From a virus: DNA of 64,000 nt. The position numbers and the translations under genes were made by a program. How positions within the stretch are numbered: position 1 is the stretch's first letter; every line of letters begins with the position of its first letter. Shown here in pieces: positions 51,240 through 60,790 of this stretch. The stretch covers positions 1 through 64,000 of the IMG/VR virus record IMGVR_UViG_3300046007_003718; one strand, given 5' to 3'. The notes under the pieces are model-generated. The model saw only the letters and a program-made list of their open reading frames with translations, was not told where the DNA came from and did not search any database.

Positions 51240-52803
51240 CTACCACTCAAAGCGAGCGGAAAGAACCTTGTGGTCTGGGAACAAACACCTAACCTGCTCC
51301 ATCGCTCGGTCCACCATCTCTGTGATGATTTCACTATCCTCAAGGTTTCCCCAAACATAGTCTAGCGTGTCCTCGTTCTGCTCGGTCAGGCTTGCCTCAT
51401 AGGTAAAGTTATCGGCAATACCATTCTCACTAACCATCTCAACGGTAACAAACATTTAGATGCGCTCCTCGCTCATTGTGTCCTGTCGGATGTTCTCCAT
51501 CTCCTGTTCGTTGAGCCATGCGTAAGCCTCGGCACGACTCTCCTCGTCAGCCGCAGCCTGTCGCAGAATCTCGTTCCACTCCTCGGGGTCGGTGACATAG
51601 GACTCAGCATCAATCTCGTCCCGACGACGCCGATACTCCTCCTCAATCTGAGCCTCAATGATGCCCTGTCGGTACTCAACCCAGAGAGTCAGAGCCTCAT
51701 CAAGAATGACGAACTGCTCAATGGTGAGGTCTCCGTTTACAGTCAGGTCGTCCAGACGGTGATAGAGAGCCGTAGCCTTGTCCTGCATAATCATAACATC
51801 GTCCTGCATCATTGGTCTATCTCCTTTCGTGCTTGCTCGTCAAGCATACAGGTTAATAGGAAAAAGTGCAACCCCTCGTTTATTCAGCGTAGAAGGGGTC
51901 GGGGCACCAATGCGAAGCAATCTCCATCTCTCGCTTCCACGAACGCTCCTCCTCCACACACTCGGAGAATCGCTCAATAATGATAGAACCGATGCCCTCC
52001 AACTCCTTGCGGTCTGTATCAATCTGGTTCATCGTGCAGTACGAAGCATCCTCAGCATAATCCCAATCACCATCAGGCTCCTTGGTCAGCACAGAGAAGC
52101 GAAGCAGAGGCTCGTCGGTAGGGTCGGTAGGGTCGAAGTCCCCATACCATCCCTCGCCAATGTAGTCCCACTCAACCTTCACAGTCTGGTCGTCGTTCGT
52201 AACCTCTAGTGGAATAAACGACTCAATCTCAGTTGTCCAATCCTTACTCATCTTTCCTCCTAGCGTCCGTAGTAGTCTGGGTGATTCATACGATACTTAG
52301 CCTCCTGCTTCATGGCTGCGATACACTCATTATCGCAGCGAGCAGGCAAACCAAGCGTTACCACGTTATACAGCATAACACTTCCAATCACAGAAAGCGA
52401 AGCGTAAAGAATAACCTTCCACATCATCGGTTTCTCCATTCAGTATAAACGCCCACAACTTCATTGTAGATATCGAACGGCTCATCTAGAGTGTGGCCTG
52501 CATCGTCCCGATAGCCACAGTCGTCGTTAGAACCAACATCGCATGAAAGATAGCACGCAAGACCTTGGAAATAGTAGTCAGGCTCTAGCATGTTTATTCT
52601 CCATCCTCGGGGTAGCCAGCCTGTGAGCGCAGGCTATCAATGAGTGACTGAATAAACTCAACATTCTGCTCGTCAGCATCCTCGTAAGATGAGGAGTCAC
52701 GAATCTCCTCAACATTCTGCCAGAGAGACCAAAGAATGTAGTCCAAGTCCTCAATCGGCAGAGTCACGTTTACATCTCGGTTCCAAAAGTCGTTGGTAGT
52801 CAT
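51240..52803 (-). CDS. Small acidic hypothetical genes (51240-51455, 51456-51812, 51880-52251, 52594-52803)
   Basis: RBS-supported ORFs. Confidence 0.55.
51843..51885 (-). promoter_or_regulatory. Promoter with TAAACG box
   Basis: GAATAAACG-N5-TTGCAC-17-TATGCT. Confidence 0.75.
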
Positions 52804-53007
52804 TACATAACCTCCGGTGTAGGAATGTGCAGTCGAAGTCCACCAGCCTCGTAATCGTTCAGAGCATAGTGGATAGCATCAGGCAGGGTAGCAATCATAG
52901 TCTCTACCTCCCCACCGTCGCCGGGACCACCATGATACCAGATATCCCAGCACCTATCATCCATCGCGGGATAAATGTCGTACACGAAGCCCTCGCCGTA
53001 GATACGA

Positions 53008-53331
53008 TCAATAGTCCTCATCGTCGTCCTCGTCCATCTCAAAGTCGAACTCCACGATGAGGCGAGCGACACGACCATCGTTGTCGTACTCAACGAACAC
53101 CGGATAAACGCCGTCACCCCAGCCGGTGCTGGTGCAGACCGCATCAGAAAAACGACCCTGAGTAGAGAACTGCCCCGCCCGCTCGTCGCTCAGGCTAGCC
53201 GCACAAGCGCGACCATATGGGGAATCCTCACCGTACTCGCCGTCAAGGACGTAGCAGGGGTCCACAACGAACACCTGACCAGAATCAACGGGAACCTGTC
53301 CCACCTTCACGCGCATACCAGACCTACTCAT
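53008..53331 (-). CDS. DUF4241-like protein
   Basis: VDSGQ...DPCY...STGWGDG.YPV. Confidence 0.7.
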   Translation of the reverse strand: MSRSGMRVKVGQVPVDSGQVFVVDPCYVLDGEYGEDSPYGRACAASLSDERAGQFSTQGRFSDAVCTSTGWGDGVYPVFVEYDNDGRVARLIVEFDFEMDEDDDEDY

Positions 53332-53359
53332 TACTGCCTCCTTTGTTGCTTGCTCGTCA

Positions 53360-53403
53360 AGTGTAGCAGATCAAGTCTGCCGATTGCAACTACTCGTTTA
53401 GAT
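53360..53403 (-). promoter_or_regulatory. Promoter with TAAACG box
   Basis: ATCTAAACG-N5-TTGCAA-18-TACACT. Confidence 0.75.
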
Positions 53404-55174
53404 GCGGGTACGCTTGCTGCGCTGATTGACCCTCATCAGAATCTCGTAAACCTCAGCCTCATTCACCGCCTCATGCAGAGAATCAAACTCAGCATCCGTG
53501 AACTCGCTCTCATCAATCACGATAAGATCATCCTCGTCGCATCCACCCCAACTGCCGTCAGCGGCGCTCATCCAGATCACACGACCCATGACTAGGCCTC
53601 CCGAATGATCGTAGAGATATACTCAGCGAGCATACCACGCTCATCAGAGTCGTCAGGAAGGGGAATAACGATGCTGCCCACATTGGTCTTAGTGCCGTGG
53701 GCAGTCGTGGACTCAATCAGGATGTTTATACGACCACCCGGCTTGGCAAAGATGCCGACCTCGTAAGTGCGAGCGTAATCCTTTCCTGCATCACGCTCCA
53801 CCTTGTAGATATAGGCCACACCGTTTACATCGTTATTGGTACCAATCATATTATGCCTTCCTTTCGTAAGAATCGTACTTTTCGTTTAGAATCGGTCGAA
53901 ACTTCTGCTCAACAAGCGCCTGAGCAGTTTCATACACTTCCTGAGCAAATGCGTTTGTCCACGCCCCGGTCATATCAAAAGAGTCAGGGAGATAAGTGTC
54001 GAACAACTCATCCACCAACTCGCAGGGAGAGGGCCAATAAACGCTGTCCACGTTCTTATCCCAATACTCCCATGCGATGTTAGCGAATACCTTGCCCACA
54101 TACTCTGCATTGTTATTGGAATAAATGACCACACCATAGATGCTCCCATCGAAGGGGTCCACATACGGAGTAAAGGTGATGCCTGCATCGTACTCCACGG
54201 TCTCCTGAAAAGTCTCGCGGAAGTCTTGCAGCACAGCCTTGCTAACAGAACCATAGGACTCACACATTAGGCATCCCACCCACTCACGCGGGCCTGCTGC
54301 TTGGCCTTACGGCGCTGGGTCTTGCGACTCTGGATGCCATGCGTCTGAGAGTGCATGATAGCGAACCGCTGGCCGGTCGTGCTGGTGTCCTGCCGGAACT
54401 TCTTTCGCTGCTTGTTGGTCACGATCATCTCCTTTGCTTGATGCTCTAGCATCATACAGTATGGAATCCAAAAGTGCAACTGCTCGTTTATTTGCCTTCC
54501 TCTAGGGCAATCAGAGCATTGACAATCTTGCGGGCCTTCTCCTCTGCTTGCTTCATGTAAACGCTACGGTCGCCCTTCACATCCTTACGGACAACGATGA
54601 TACAGACCTCTCCACCCTCCTCATCCATGACCTCAATATGGTCTGCATGAGGAAGGGCAAAGTCGGGTTCCTCGTTCCAATACCAAGCATACATCATCTA
54701 AATCACCTATCCGTAGATGAGCCGACCGAACACAGCAATCTGAACCAGAACATCGGCGCAGTCTGCGTCAAGATAGCCGGGGTCGTTCTCACGAAGGGCA
54801 CGCTGAATGTAGCCGGTGATGCTGGTGTTAGCAGGAGGCTCCTCCTGAACAAAGGTCTGGAAAGCCTTAGTCAGATTCTCAGCATTGACCGTATAAATAG
54901 GGGATTCGGTCTCAGCCACATCCTCATTCTCGCGGAGAGTAACCTCGTACCACAGTTCATCAAGAATGTCTCCACTCTCAGGCTTAGTTACCTTAATGTT
55001 TAGAGCGTCAGCCCAATAGAAGGAAGCGCCATAGGAACCATCAAAAGCCCCGACAAGCACAGCGTCCACCATATGCGCGGTAATAGGAAGGGTCGTCGTG
55101 ACCACACCAACCACCGTGGACTTGTCGTACTTCTCCTCTAGAGCCTTAAGACTCTCCGATACATAGTCACTCAT
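53398..55174 (-). CDS. Small hypothetical genes (53398-53589, 53592-53849, 53851-54279, 54267-54428, 54488-54697, 54707-55174)
   Basis: Packed ORFs with RBS. Confidence 0.55.
54451..54493 (-). promoter_or_regulatory. Promoter with TAAACG box
   Basis: AAATAAACG-N5-TTGCAC-17-TATGAT. Confidence 0.75.
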
Positions 55175-55203
55175 ATTGCTCCTTTCGTTTTCCATCTGAA
55201 TAG

Positions 55204-55246
55204 ATGGTATCAGATCAACCAACCAACTGCAACTACTCGTTTATAC
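55204..55246 (-). promoter_or_regulatory. Promoter with TAAACG box
   Basis: GTATAAACG-N5-TTGCAG-17-TACCAT. Confidence 0.7.
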
Positions 55247-55477
55247 TCCACGCCAACCAGAACAGGTGCCGCATGTGCAACAGCAACTTGTGGGGGATGC
55301 AAGCCAAAGGTAAGCGATAGCCCTCTCAGCATAACGTCCTTTACTATCGGCACAATAAATACGCTGCCAAATAGAGATTGTATCATCGCAGAAGTAACGC
55401 CTATGGGGGTTATCCCATGCCCTCTTATAGATAGGCTTATTAAACCACTCATTATTAGAGCATCCACATCCACACAT
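55241..55477 (-). CDS. Cys-rich small protein
   Basis: AAGGAGG RBS; CGCGC N-terminus and CCCTCGTC C-terminus. Confidence 0.65.
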   Translation of the reverse strand: MCGCGCSNNEWFNKPIYKRAWDNPHRRYFCDDTISIWQRIYCADSKGRYAERAIAYLWLASPTSCCCTCGTCSGWRGV

Positions 55478-55502
55478 AAAAGCCTCCTTTAATGATTTAT
55501 AC

Positions 55503-55596
55503 TACCCCTAGCGGGAGTCGAACCCGCGATAAACTTCCGCGTAAGCCAAGCGTCCTTGTGCGTTACCGGCGTCGTTGCCGCTAGACCATTAGGGGC
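55503..55596 (-). ncRNA. tRNA-like RNA with the anticodon arm replaced by a long hairpin
   Basis: Acceptor GCCCCTA/TAGGGGT+A; D arm GTC-TAGCGGCAAC-GAC; T arm GCGGG-TTCGACT-CCCGC; no 7-nt anticodon loop. Confidence 0.8.
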
Positions 55597-55602
55597 ATGA
55601 GT

Positions 55603-55630
55603 ATTATAGACGGTTCCACAATCAAGTCAA
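55603..55630 (-). promoter_or_regulatory. Near-consensus sigma70 promoter of the tRNA-like RNA
   Basis: TTGACT-16-TATAAT, 6 nt before the first G of the acceptor stem. Confidence 0.75.
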
Positions 55631-55846
55631 AGGTAGGCTTGACGTAACAATGCCCGCTCCCTGCTCACCCGTCACCGACAACCGATTCCTTTAGTTTACT
55701 TATTATTAGTATAAATGGCTCTCGCGCCTAACGTCCCATATTGGTTGTTAGGATTTCCCGACCTACCAATCGGTTTCTTACGGAGATTCCTCCACCCCAC
55801 TAGGTCAAGAGTGGTAGCCCTCGCCTAGTAGGTCGTGAGAACCGCT
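55631..55846 (-). ncRNA. Candidate structured ncRNA released by the hammerhead
   Basis: Pairings GGTTCTC/GAGAGCC, CGACCTAC/GTAGGTCG, CCTAAC/GTTAGG, AACCGATT/AATCGGTT; no long ORF. Confidence 0.55.
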
Positions 55847-55891
55847 GACGCCTCTCGGCGTTTCGTCCTATCAGGACTCGTCAGAGCGGCT
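55840..55891 (-). ncRNA. Type I hammerhead ribozyme
   Basis: CCGCT-CTGACGA-GTCC(TGATA)GGAC-GAAA-CGCC(GAGA)GGCG-TC^AGCGG: full catalytic core, three stems, GUC cleavage triplet. Confidence 0.93.
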
Positions 55892-56041
55892 AGTTGCCAT
55901 TACCTTCTTATGAACCTGCATAACCCAACCATCCTCAAAGTCGTGAGCATCACACGCCTCGCCAAGACTTTCGTAGGGGCCATAAGCCATGTACCCCGTA
56001 GAGAGATTACCGACAAGAAATACAAAAGTGTAGTCACCCAT
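55871..56041 (-). CDS. 56-aa protein whose stop codon lies in hammerhead loop II
   Basis: AAGGAG RBS; promoter TTGCAT-17-TATGCT at 56100-56072. Confidence 0.6.
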   Translation of the reverse strand: MGDYTFVFLVGNLSTGYMAYGPYESLGEACDAHDFEDGWVMQVHKKVMATSRSDES

Positions 56042-56103
56042 GAATCTATCTCCTTTCTCGCTTGCCCAACAAGCATACAGCACTCAATCTAGAAATGCAA
56101 GCC

Positions 56104-58617
56104 TTAGTCGGACTCTGAATAAACGTAACTGACCTCTCCCGAAAGATGATCTGAATGGCGATCATCAAAGAAACGATTGTCGTAAGTACCCCAGACTTCC
56201 TCTCCGGGGACATTAGACGCTGCTGCTTTAGACGCATCAAGGATAGAGTTAGCCAAACTCATAGCCTCGTCTGGATAGAGAGATAGGATAAACCCGAAAG
56301 TGCTATCTCCCGAATCAATCACAACTTGGTCCTCCACAACTGAAACATAGAACTTACTCATACTCACTCCAAAGTCTGCTTGCCACACACCTGTAGATTA
56401 GCAGCCCCCTATCCCCGTGTCAAGGGATAGGGGGCAACCGATCTAAATGGCCGCGCCGAAGAACTCGGGCTGCTCCTCTGGGGTGTCCACGGCCTGCTGC
56501 TCAAAGGCGGGAGTCGGAGTAGAGAACTGCATGAGCGAGTAGTCGCCGCTCAGGACAAGAGCGACCTTAGTGAGAATGCTCCTCAGAGCCTTATTCTCCT
56601 CCTCCACAGCCTCTAGACGCTGAATAAACTGAATGGAAACGGCCTCGTCGTCCATGCGCTCGTTGAGCATACCCTCAACGACATACTCCACACGGGAGTC
56701 GAAGTCGTCAATGTCGTCGGAATCGAAGGTGCGATAGCGAAGGGCCTCCTCAACTCCGTCAGAGAAGTCAAGGTTGTTGTCAATGTAGTCCTGCACGCGA
56801 CCATCAATGTCAGACTCATCCACGACAGTCTCAGCGATATCGCGGATAAACGACTCGCTGTTATAGACAGCCTCGGTGGCCTTCTCGTCCACCAGAGTCT
56901 CAATGTCTGCGGGCCAATCCTCAAAACTCATTACAGTCTCCTCTCGTTGATTGCTTCCCTAGAAGCATACAGTATGGATTCTAAAAGTCAAGGGCTAGTG
57001 CCAACCCTCGTCCTGCTCATCTAAACACTCAGTCAGAGCCGCGATAGCACTCTCCAAAGCGGGAGGGGTATAATCCAGACCAGCAATCGTGCCATTGATT
57101 AGCGCACGAATCTCGTCCTCGTACAGATAAACAGGCATCTGCCCCTCATCAAGCACGTTTTCCCAATCGCTAGAGATAACGCTAAGAGATGCAACTCCGC
57201 TCAGAGGCACGACGCACTCGTAAACAGGAGCAGCATCGCGGATAAACGACCGTCTTGCCATGAAAGGCTTACCCACAGAAAGATGCTTCTGAAAATCAAT
57301 AAGACGACGCTGCTTTGCAGGCTCGGGATTCTCCCTAGCCCACTCAGTAGTGTTCTCCCAATCAGTATAAAGGGTGCGCCCATCAACAGTACGAATCTGG
57401 ATGTAAGAACTCACTACTCCACCTCAATATCGTTAGAAAACTTCATAACGTCCCAGCCATAATAACCCTCAATCAGAGAAGCGGCCTCCTCAATCGCAAC
57501 CTCCCGGTCAAAATCAGGAGGAGCAATCACCGAAGTTGTGAGGGTGAAATAATCTCCAATAAAAGTCACATTCATCATCTATCCATCTCCTTTCATCGCT
57601 ACGGGAGTAGCGTAGCATAGAATCACTTAACAGGCAAGGTCCGAAGGTGACGGACCCTATCTCTTGCCCAACGCCTACGAGGCTCGGTAAACGGGTAGTT
57701 GTTCTCAATGCAACCATCCAGCATCTCCAAAACCCTGCTCTCGTCAGACCCCGTTTGTACCGCGAAGTCGTGAATCATCCCGCGAGCGATCTTAAGGTCG
57801 TGAAGGTTCTTTTCCCTGAGAAGTTTACGGTCGTCAGTAGCCTTGTTCTTACGAGCCTGCCGAATAAGACGCTTGGCCTCATCCTTTACCTCACCAACAA
57901 GGTGCTTGTTTGCACCAAGGAAGGTCTCAATGCAGTTGGAACCGGCGATGAGGTCGCCCCCATTGTCCACATCAGAAAGGTGGAACTCATACCGGATTCC
58001 ACCGTGACCACACACCTCGCAGGTAGTGTAGTTACCGGGACCGCGATCAACAGCCCCGACAAGACGAAGCCGGTGAGCATCCCTCTGCTCCTCGGGAACA
58101 CGAATGTCCTCAAAGAACTTCTGGATACCACCGGCCTGTCGCTTGCTGAACTCCATTAGAATCCCCTCTCGCTTGCTTACGAAGGAAGCATAGCATACCC
58201 ATTAGGGGGAATCAAGCCCTAGTAGTGACCATCATCATAATCACAGGGGAAATCAGGCTCGCGGGGTTCATCATCGTACCATCCACTTGCAGCCTCATAC
58301 TCAGACTCAGCGATATCACAACAAGCCTCAAAACTCAACTCAGCAACGATGTATCGTTTAGATGCCTCTGGCTCATCCTTAACGATACTGTCGTACAAAC
58401 TCTGAATCTCCTCCTGAGTACCAATCTCGTCTGGAACCTTGTCGTAGTTGATGATATCTCCCGTTTCGGGGTCTGTATCATACAGCCCGTACAAACCGCG
58501 CTCATAGACGAGTTCTGCCTGCTTCTGAAAAGAATACTCAGGCGGGTCGTAATAAGAATCTGGCATATGAAACGACACTACAAGTCCTCCTTTGTAACAG
58601 GAATACAGTTTTCGCAA
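56104..58617 (-). CDS. Hypothetical genes (56104-56361, 56443-56931, 56995-57414, 57623-58156 with CxxC-H/C motif, 58219-58617)
   Basis: RBS-supported ORFs, several behind TTG(A/C)NT..TATGCT promoters. Confidence 0.55.
56394..56435 (-). promoter_or_regulatory. Promoter TTGACA-17-TAATCT with the -35 in the loop of a GC hairpin
   Basis: GCCCCCTATCCC-TTGACACG-GGGATAGGGGGC. Confidence 0.7.
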
Positions 58618-58807
58618 TATGGAAGCCCCTCAGTCCAAGTAACTGCCTTGGTTGCTGGGTTAATCAGCACCACTTTGTCGGTCTCAACCGTATGACCACA
58701 CATACATACAGTAGTCTTTGTGTCCATCTTTCCTCCTCTCCCCCTATTGCTCTGTCGCTCAGACAGCATAGCATAGGTCGTTGGCTAAAAGCAAATGCTC
58801 GTATAAA

Positions 58808-58927
58808 TCATCGGGCGTGCCAAAAGTTTGGCTTAGGAACGCTAGCCTTGCGAGGCTTGCTGACCTTCATCTTAGCAACACGAACCTTACGCGGCTTGCT
58901 AACACCTGTACGACGAACCTTACGCAT
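58808..58927 (-). CDS. 39-aa Arg/Lys-rich protein (not in the ORF track)
   Basis: AAGGAG RBS; MRKVRRTGVSKPRKVRVAKMKVSKPRKASVPKPNFWHAR. Confidence 0.65.
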   Translation of the reverse strand: MRKVRRTGVSKPRKVRVAKMKVSKPRKASVPKPNFWHAR

Positions 58928-59443
58928 GTAATCTCCTTTGTTTGATCTATCTAACTTACGAAGTAACTCTATCAACTTACATATCTTAAGTCAAGTCATC
59001 CTCGTCATCTTCATCTATAACTATAAATGTCCTTATGAACATCAATAACATTCCTGAGATTATAGCCCATACCCCGGCGTTCCAATCTCCTGTAAGCAAA
59101 TAAAAGGTGCCGAAAAAGAAGCAGACGAGAGCAACGAATAAACCCGCTGCTCTAACCAAGTCAGTCATTAACAATCTCTTTCCACGCTGCCCATGCCGCC
59201 TTACTTGCTCTATCTAGTCGAGACCATCGCTCTTTGTAGAATCTAACTCTAGTCTGAATAGCATTGTAGGATTCCATCTGCATCTCTACTTTGAGAATGT
59301 CTTTACTTCCGGGGAAGTCTGGTACGTTGGGTTTGCGAATGGTGCTTGCTATATCCCTCGCTATGAGGTAATCGCGGTGCGCCTCATTTGCACGACGAGA
59401 TATAGCCTTCCAAGCCCTATAGAACAAATCTGCGTTCTTTGGG

Positions 59444-60286
59444 CTAGGCTCGGACATAACGAGTACCCCTACGCTCTCCCTCAATGTTTACACGCTCATC
59501 GTTCTGTAGAACATAACGCACGCTAGTCCACTCAGTAGTCGAAAGACCGAAGTGCGAGATGAGTTCTGCCTTAGACGTTGGCCCATTGTCTGAGATAAAC
59601 TGAACAATAACATTCATCACATCAGTATCAACCGTAGGCGTCTTGTCCTCAACGATAACCTCATAAGTGCGACCGGGGACAGTATAGTTTGTCCCTCGCT
59701 TGGTGCCGTTCTTAACTACCTTGCCTGTCTCAACCGCAGCGTTGATTACCTCGGAATAGATCGAAGCCGGGATAAGGTCGCCAATATGCTTCTTAGTAAC
59801 AGGCTGGTCTGACTCCTCTACAAAGAGGATAAACTCGTCGCGTACAGCAGCAATCCTCTGAGCCTTCTCGTCGCTCTGCTTGCGCCCCGGCTTGTACCGA
59901 AGGACGCGACCATACTCATCAACGGGGGCACCGCGAGCAATAGCAGCCTGATCGGCTCGCTCCTGACACTTGGCAATCCACTTTCCCAAGTAATCCTCAC
60001 GATGGTTAATAGCCTCGTCCTCGGGCAGAGAGCGAAGCAACTCCATACGGTTATCATGCACCTCGTTTAGATCCTCAAAAGGAAGCGTAATGCGATCATT
60101 GTCTGATGTAAGAATAGTTGCTTCCTTATCCTGTGCCGCAAGCACAAGTGCATATCGAAAGCCACCCTCGCTATTCCAAAAACTAATCGTGTCACCGCGA
60201 ACGGGCGCAACCTTGGTCTGCATATCAACCTCCTTTGACTTAACATTTCTCTTAGTAAGTTTGTTACTCACTCGTTTCTTACCCAT
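59444..60286 (-). CDS. Protein with two winged-helix-like repeats
   Basis: Duplicated G..RGT.Y wing motif (GTKRGTNY, GERRGTRY). Confidence 0.6.
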   Translation of the reverse strand: MGKKRVSNKLTKRNVKSKEVDMQTKVAPVRGDTISFWNSEGGFRYALVLAAQDKEATILTSDNDRITLPFEDLNEVHDNRMELLRSLPEDEAINHREDYLGKWIAKCQERADQAAIARGAPVDEYGRVLRYKPGRKQSDEKAQRIAAVRDEFILFVEESDQPVTKKHIGDLIPASIYSEVINAAVETGKVVKNGTKRGTNYTVPGRTYEVIVEDKTPTVDTDVMNVIVQFISDNGPTSKAELISHFGLSTTEWTSVRYVLQNDERVNIEGERRGTRYVRA

Positions 60287-60297
60287 AAGTTACCTAC

Positions 60298-60522
60298 CTA
60301 ACTCTCTACTGTCAAGGCCTCATCAAAGATCGCATTTAGACTATCTGCGATCACATCCCTCTCTTTAGTCAGACAAGGGGAACATTGTGCCTCGGGGTTA
60401 TACCGTGAGAGGCGAGCATCGCACCGGGTACAATGCCGCACCTCCGCAGGCTTGTCGTCCACGAAGTCAAATGGGACCATATCGCCCATAGATTTCGCAG
60501 GAATAATCTCATCAAATCGCAT
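60298..60522 (-). CDS. Zn-finger protein
   Basis: CTRC..RLSRYN....CSPC. Confidence 0.65.
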   Translation of the reverse strand: MRFDEIIPAKSMGDMVPFDFVDDKPAEVRHCTRCDARLSRYNPEAQCSPCLTKERDVIADSLNAIFDEALTVES

Positions 60523-60532
60523 AACTTACCTC

Positions 60533-60790
60533 CTAGAACGAGTCCGGGTATTCTGCTGAAAGGATAGTCAGCATAAAGTTAAGAGAGTGAAACGTAGAGT
60601 CGGCAGGAGTCCATGCCTTCTCAAAGTTGTCATACACACGCCACTCCTGCTTGCGGCCACGCTTACCAATGCCGCGAATCATAAAGCGCCCATCCTTGGA
60701 CTCATATACACCGGACTCAACACGGTGAAGGGACTTAGTGCGGGGACGGCCCCGGCCACGCTTCTCCTCAGTAACAGTTGCACTAGACAT
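60533..60790 (-). CDS. AT-hook-containing protein
   Basis: KRGRGRPR; AAGGAG RBS. Confidence 0.6.
   Translation of the reverse strand: MSSATVTEEKRGRGRPRTKSLHRVESGVYESKDGRFMIRGIGKRGRKQEWRVYDNFEKAWTPADSTFHSLNFMLTILSAEYPDSF

Noticed and set aside
55625-55682. 19-codon TTG-start ORF after AAGGA
   Set aside because: Too short, with a weak start that overlaps predicted RNA pairing; unsupported.
55503-55846. tmRNA or a standard tRNA
   Set aside because: No G3-U70 pair, no recognisable tag frame and no 7-nt anticodon loop, so it is reported as tRNA-like only.
49590-57750. Additional hammerheads at other CTGAYGA words
   Set aside because: Those I inspected lack the stem II-GAAA-stem III arrangement; a covariance-model scan would be needed to be exhaustive.
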